Below are positions 61,204 through 64,000 of a stretch of DNA of 64,000 nucleotides, piece by piece. The translations under genes were made by a program, and so were the position numbers. The stretch spans positions 1,237,868-1,301,867 of the forward strand of contig ML992507.1 in the NCBI GenBank assembly GCA_010093995.1, read 5' to 3'. Positions within the stretch are counted from its first letter, which is position 1, and each line of letters opens with the position of its first letter. Below the pieces are notes generated by a model. That model made no database searches, was not told the origin of the DNA, and saw only the letters and a program-made list of their open reading frames with translations. The stretch is from Elsinoe ampelina. Its lineage: Eukaryota.

Positions 61204-63999
61204 TTAGGGGTAGTTATTATAGTTTAGTAACACGTCGAGGTAAGTCTTATTAACGTAGTCGAACGCGTGTTAAAGGACTTAGAAGAGCGAGCTATAGTAG
61301 TTAGTAGGTATATAGGTGTTATATCTCTATCTCTTACGAGAACTAAAGCTACTACTATACTTAGCTAGGCTACTCCCTAGTATCTCCTTGTCCTATATAG
61401 ACTTAAGCTCGAATTTTAAGTAGCGCTTCTTAAAGTTCTACGCCGCTGCCTTAGCCGCTAGACTAGCTATCTCGATCTTCTCGCGTCTAATGTAGTTCTC
61501 GTACTTAAGGAGATTATAGGCAAGCATTATATCGATCCTAGCTGCCCTTTCTTTGTCGCTCTTACTAATAGTGCCTAGTATAATAAATCTCTTAGAGGTA
61601 GAGGTGCTCCTTTAGATAGACTAATAGGGGGTCTCTAGGAGCTATATATACTTACGTAGAGGCAGCTAGATACTTAACTTAGGCTAAGCAGCTGCGCCTC
61701 TTTATTAGAAGGCCTTTTATGTAAAGGCTTCTTCGATGTGCTAGATTATAGTATATATTTTCTTCTCGACCTTTAGGTCGGCTAGGTTGCCCTTAAGAAG
61801 CTTAGTATAGATTACTAGAAAGCTCTTAAAGTCGGCTAGGTCTATATTAAACTTGTTGGCGGTATTAGTTAGGAGTTTAACGAGGGAGTTGCTTATTAAG
61901 CTAGTATTAAAGTTCTTGCCCTTAGCTACGTAGGCTTTTATTATAATAAAAGTGCTATTAATAAAGTTAATAAAGCTTAGAAGCTATAGGTTAGGTAGCA
62001 CTATTAGGTCGTCGTTGTTATTAGAGATAGTTCCTCTAAACTTAACTCTAGTTATATCTACCTTAGAGTTAGATTCTACATCTAAGGCTAACGCCCTACT
62101 ATAGCTCTCCTCTAGTACTACCTCTTTATAACGAGGCGGCCTACGCTAGTTATTTACTAAGTAGAGGTAGGTAAAACTAGCTATAGGCTTATCCTCGGGT
62201 TCTATAGAGAATAGAGTGTAGTTATTAGGCGAAGGGTCCCTAGAGATAGAGGCGCCGGTATAGATCGAGTTACTAGTGTACTTCTACTTACAACAATTGT
62301 TGTTAAATATGTTAGCCTAGGTACCGTCCTTGTTTAAGGACTTCGGATCGTTAAAATCGTATATGGCCTCCCTAGAGCTTATAAAACTCTTAATTTTGTC
62401 GTAAATGTATTTAGTGACTAAGTTAACCTAGGGCCTAGCGCGGTCTACGATCTATTATAGGAGCTTAACGTGTAGCTTATCGACGGACCTATAGTTAATA
62501 ATAGTAGGGATATAGATCTTCTTTAGGTCGATATAGCCTTTATATAGCTCGAAAAGGTCTAATTAATTATTGTAGAAGAGTAGGCGCTAGTTAGACTTAA
62601 TTATGTCTCTCCTATTAACTTATAAGATATTATAGTTCTAGACCTATATTCCGCCTAGTACATAGACGCCACGGAGGACTAAAACCCTCTAAGTATTGTC
62701 CCTCGGGGAGATATAGAAGTAGAGTAGGTCTATGTTTTTATATAACAATCTAAGTACTCTATTCTTAAAGATGTCTAGGTAGACCTTACTATACTAAGTT
62801 CTCGAGATTATCTTCTTATATATAAGCTTAATAATTTAGCCAAGGATAAAGTCGCTTATGTTATAGACGCTAGTAGAAGGCATAGCGTTAGGCGTAACTA
62901 AGCTTTAGAAGGCGTTATAAACATATTTAACATAGATAATTTAGGTACTACTATTAACGCGAACTATTTCCTCGTACTCTTCTACTAGAGCTAGACTAAT
63001 GTCCGGAGTTTACCTACGTGTAACGGCTATGCTAGTTGCTATAGCTTCGACTATAGTAGTTGCAAAAAGAGTTAGAAAGTTAAATTCGTAGGGCTAGTAA
63101 TCGAGCTTAGTTCTTAGGTGTTAGTTAATATTTTTAGTAGATAGGGTAAGTTAGACTATAATTGCCTAGGCAATTCTAGTGTTAATATTAATTCCGTATA
63201 GCTATATATATAGCTACGAATTATGTTAAGTTAATATAGTAGAGTCTTTATTATTACGTCGCGTAATACAAGAGATCTCTATAGTTATTATAGCAATATT
63301 AAACTATACTACCCCCCTCTATAGAGTAGAGCCTAGCTATATAAGTATTATATCTAATCTTATAGAGCTATTCTTAAAGTTGTCTATTTTACAAGGGACG
63401 TACTCTATAGCTAGGAAGGAGTTATAGACAGTGTCGGCGTTATATAGTGTGTCTTTATAAAGTCTAGCTTCTAGTACTACCTTAAACACTATATGTTTAT
63501 TATGTCTACTAATGTTGTTATTCTTAACCTATTCTATCTATCCCTTAATTGTCCTTTCCTCTAAGATATAGCCTTCTAGAGCTAAGAAGACTAAGTAGGT
63601 TTAATAGCCTAACTACTTATTACTAGAGTCGATTCTAAGCTCGGCTAATAGGTCTACTACGCATCGGGATGTTCCTTCTAAGGAGCGTATATTCTTGCGA
63701 GTAACTATAAGCTTCTTCTCTCTTAACTCGTCTATAAGTTCCTCTATCGATACTATTGTCCTAATGTTATTAATGTGCCTCTACTTGCCTAGTCTAATAA
63801 CTCTTGCTACGTTTAGTATGCTTACGTTCTAATCCTCTATTACTATCCTTCTTAGGGCTCTCTCCTTGCCTTCCGCTTACTCCTAGTCGCGTATCTAGTT
63901 AGTAATAAGCTCCGCTGCCGCGTGCCTTTACTAATCGAGAAATTCCGTAGCCTCTTTTAAGGTTAGGAATATTAGGCTAAACTTAATAGTGAGCTAGTA
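61204..63999 (-). pseudogene. RIP-mutated intronless ORF of >930 codons, unidentified protein, runs off the window
   Basis: One frame reads as protein throughout with no frameshift. About 55 stops by hand count, all TAA/TAG; I saw no Gln or Trp codons, as expected if every CAA/CAG/TGG was converted by RIP. Confidence 0.75.
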
Positions 64000-64000
64000 C

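Overview
Eukaryotic DNA from a filamentous ascomycete (Pezizomycotina), judged from short GT-AG introns with CTRAC/CTAAC branch sites and fungal orthologues. Bases 1-47200 are gene-dense with about 23 genes: a conserved hypothetical protein, CalB-like lipase, epoxide hydrolase, three MFS transporters (one pseudogenised), GPATCH1-like protein, Kin1/PAR-1 kinase, a frameshifted VOC/glyoxalase, aquaporin, CK2 beta, Leo1, Mob2, Arf1, Rpl1, a GNAT, a CorA-like protein, Mix23, DNA ligase I, Rcd1/Caf40 and a multi-BRCT protein. A RIP-destroyed Tc1/mariner element interrupts this part at about 30.8-32.5 kb. From about 47.3 kb to the end is an AT-rich, TpA-saturated RIP-mutated block. It holds a Tc1-like element, a Ty3/Gypsy retrotransposon whose LTR-gag is present twice, a hAT transposase, an unidentified gene relic, and a >930-codon intronless frame with no transposon motifs that I could recognise. 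Two observations stand out: that unidentified fossil ORF, and about 10 rotationally symmetric C/A-rich to G/T-rich composition flips inside the live genes. All calls are from reading the sequence by eye; no database searches were run.
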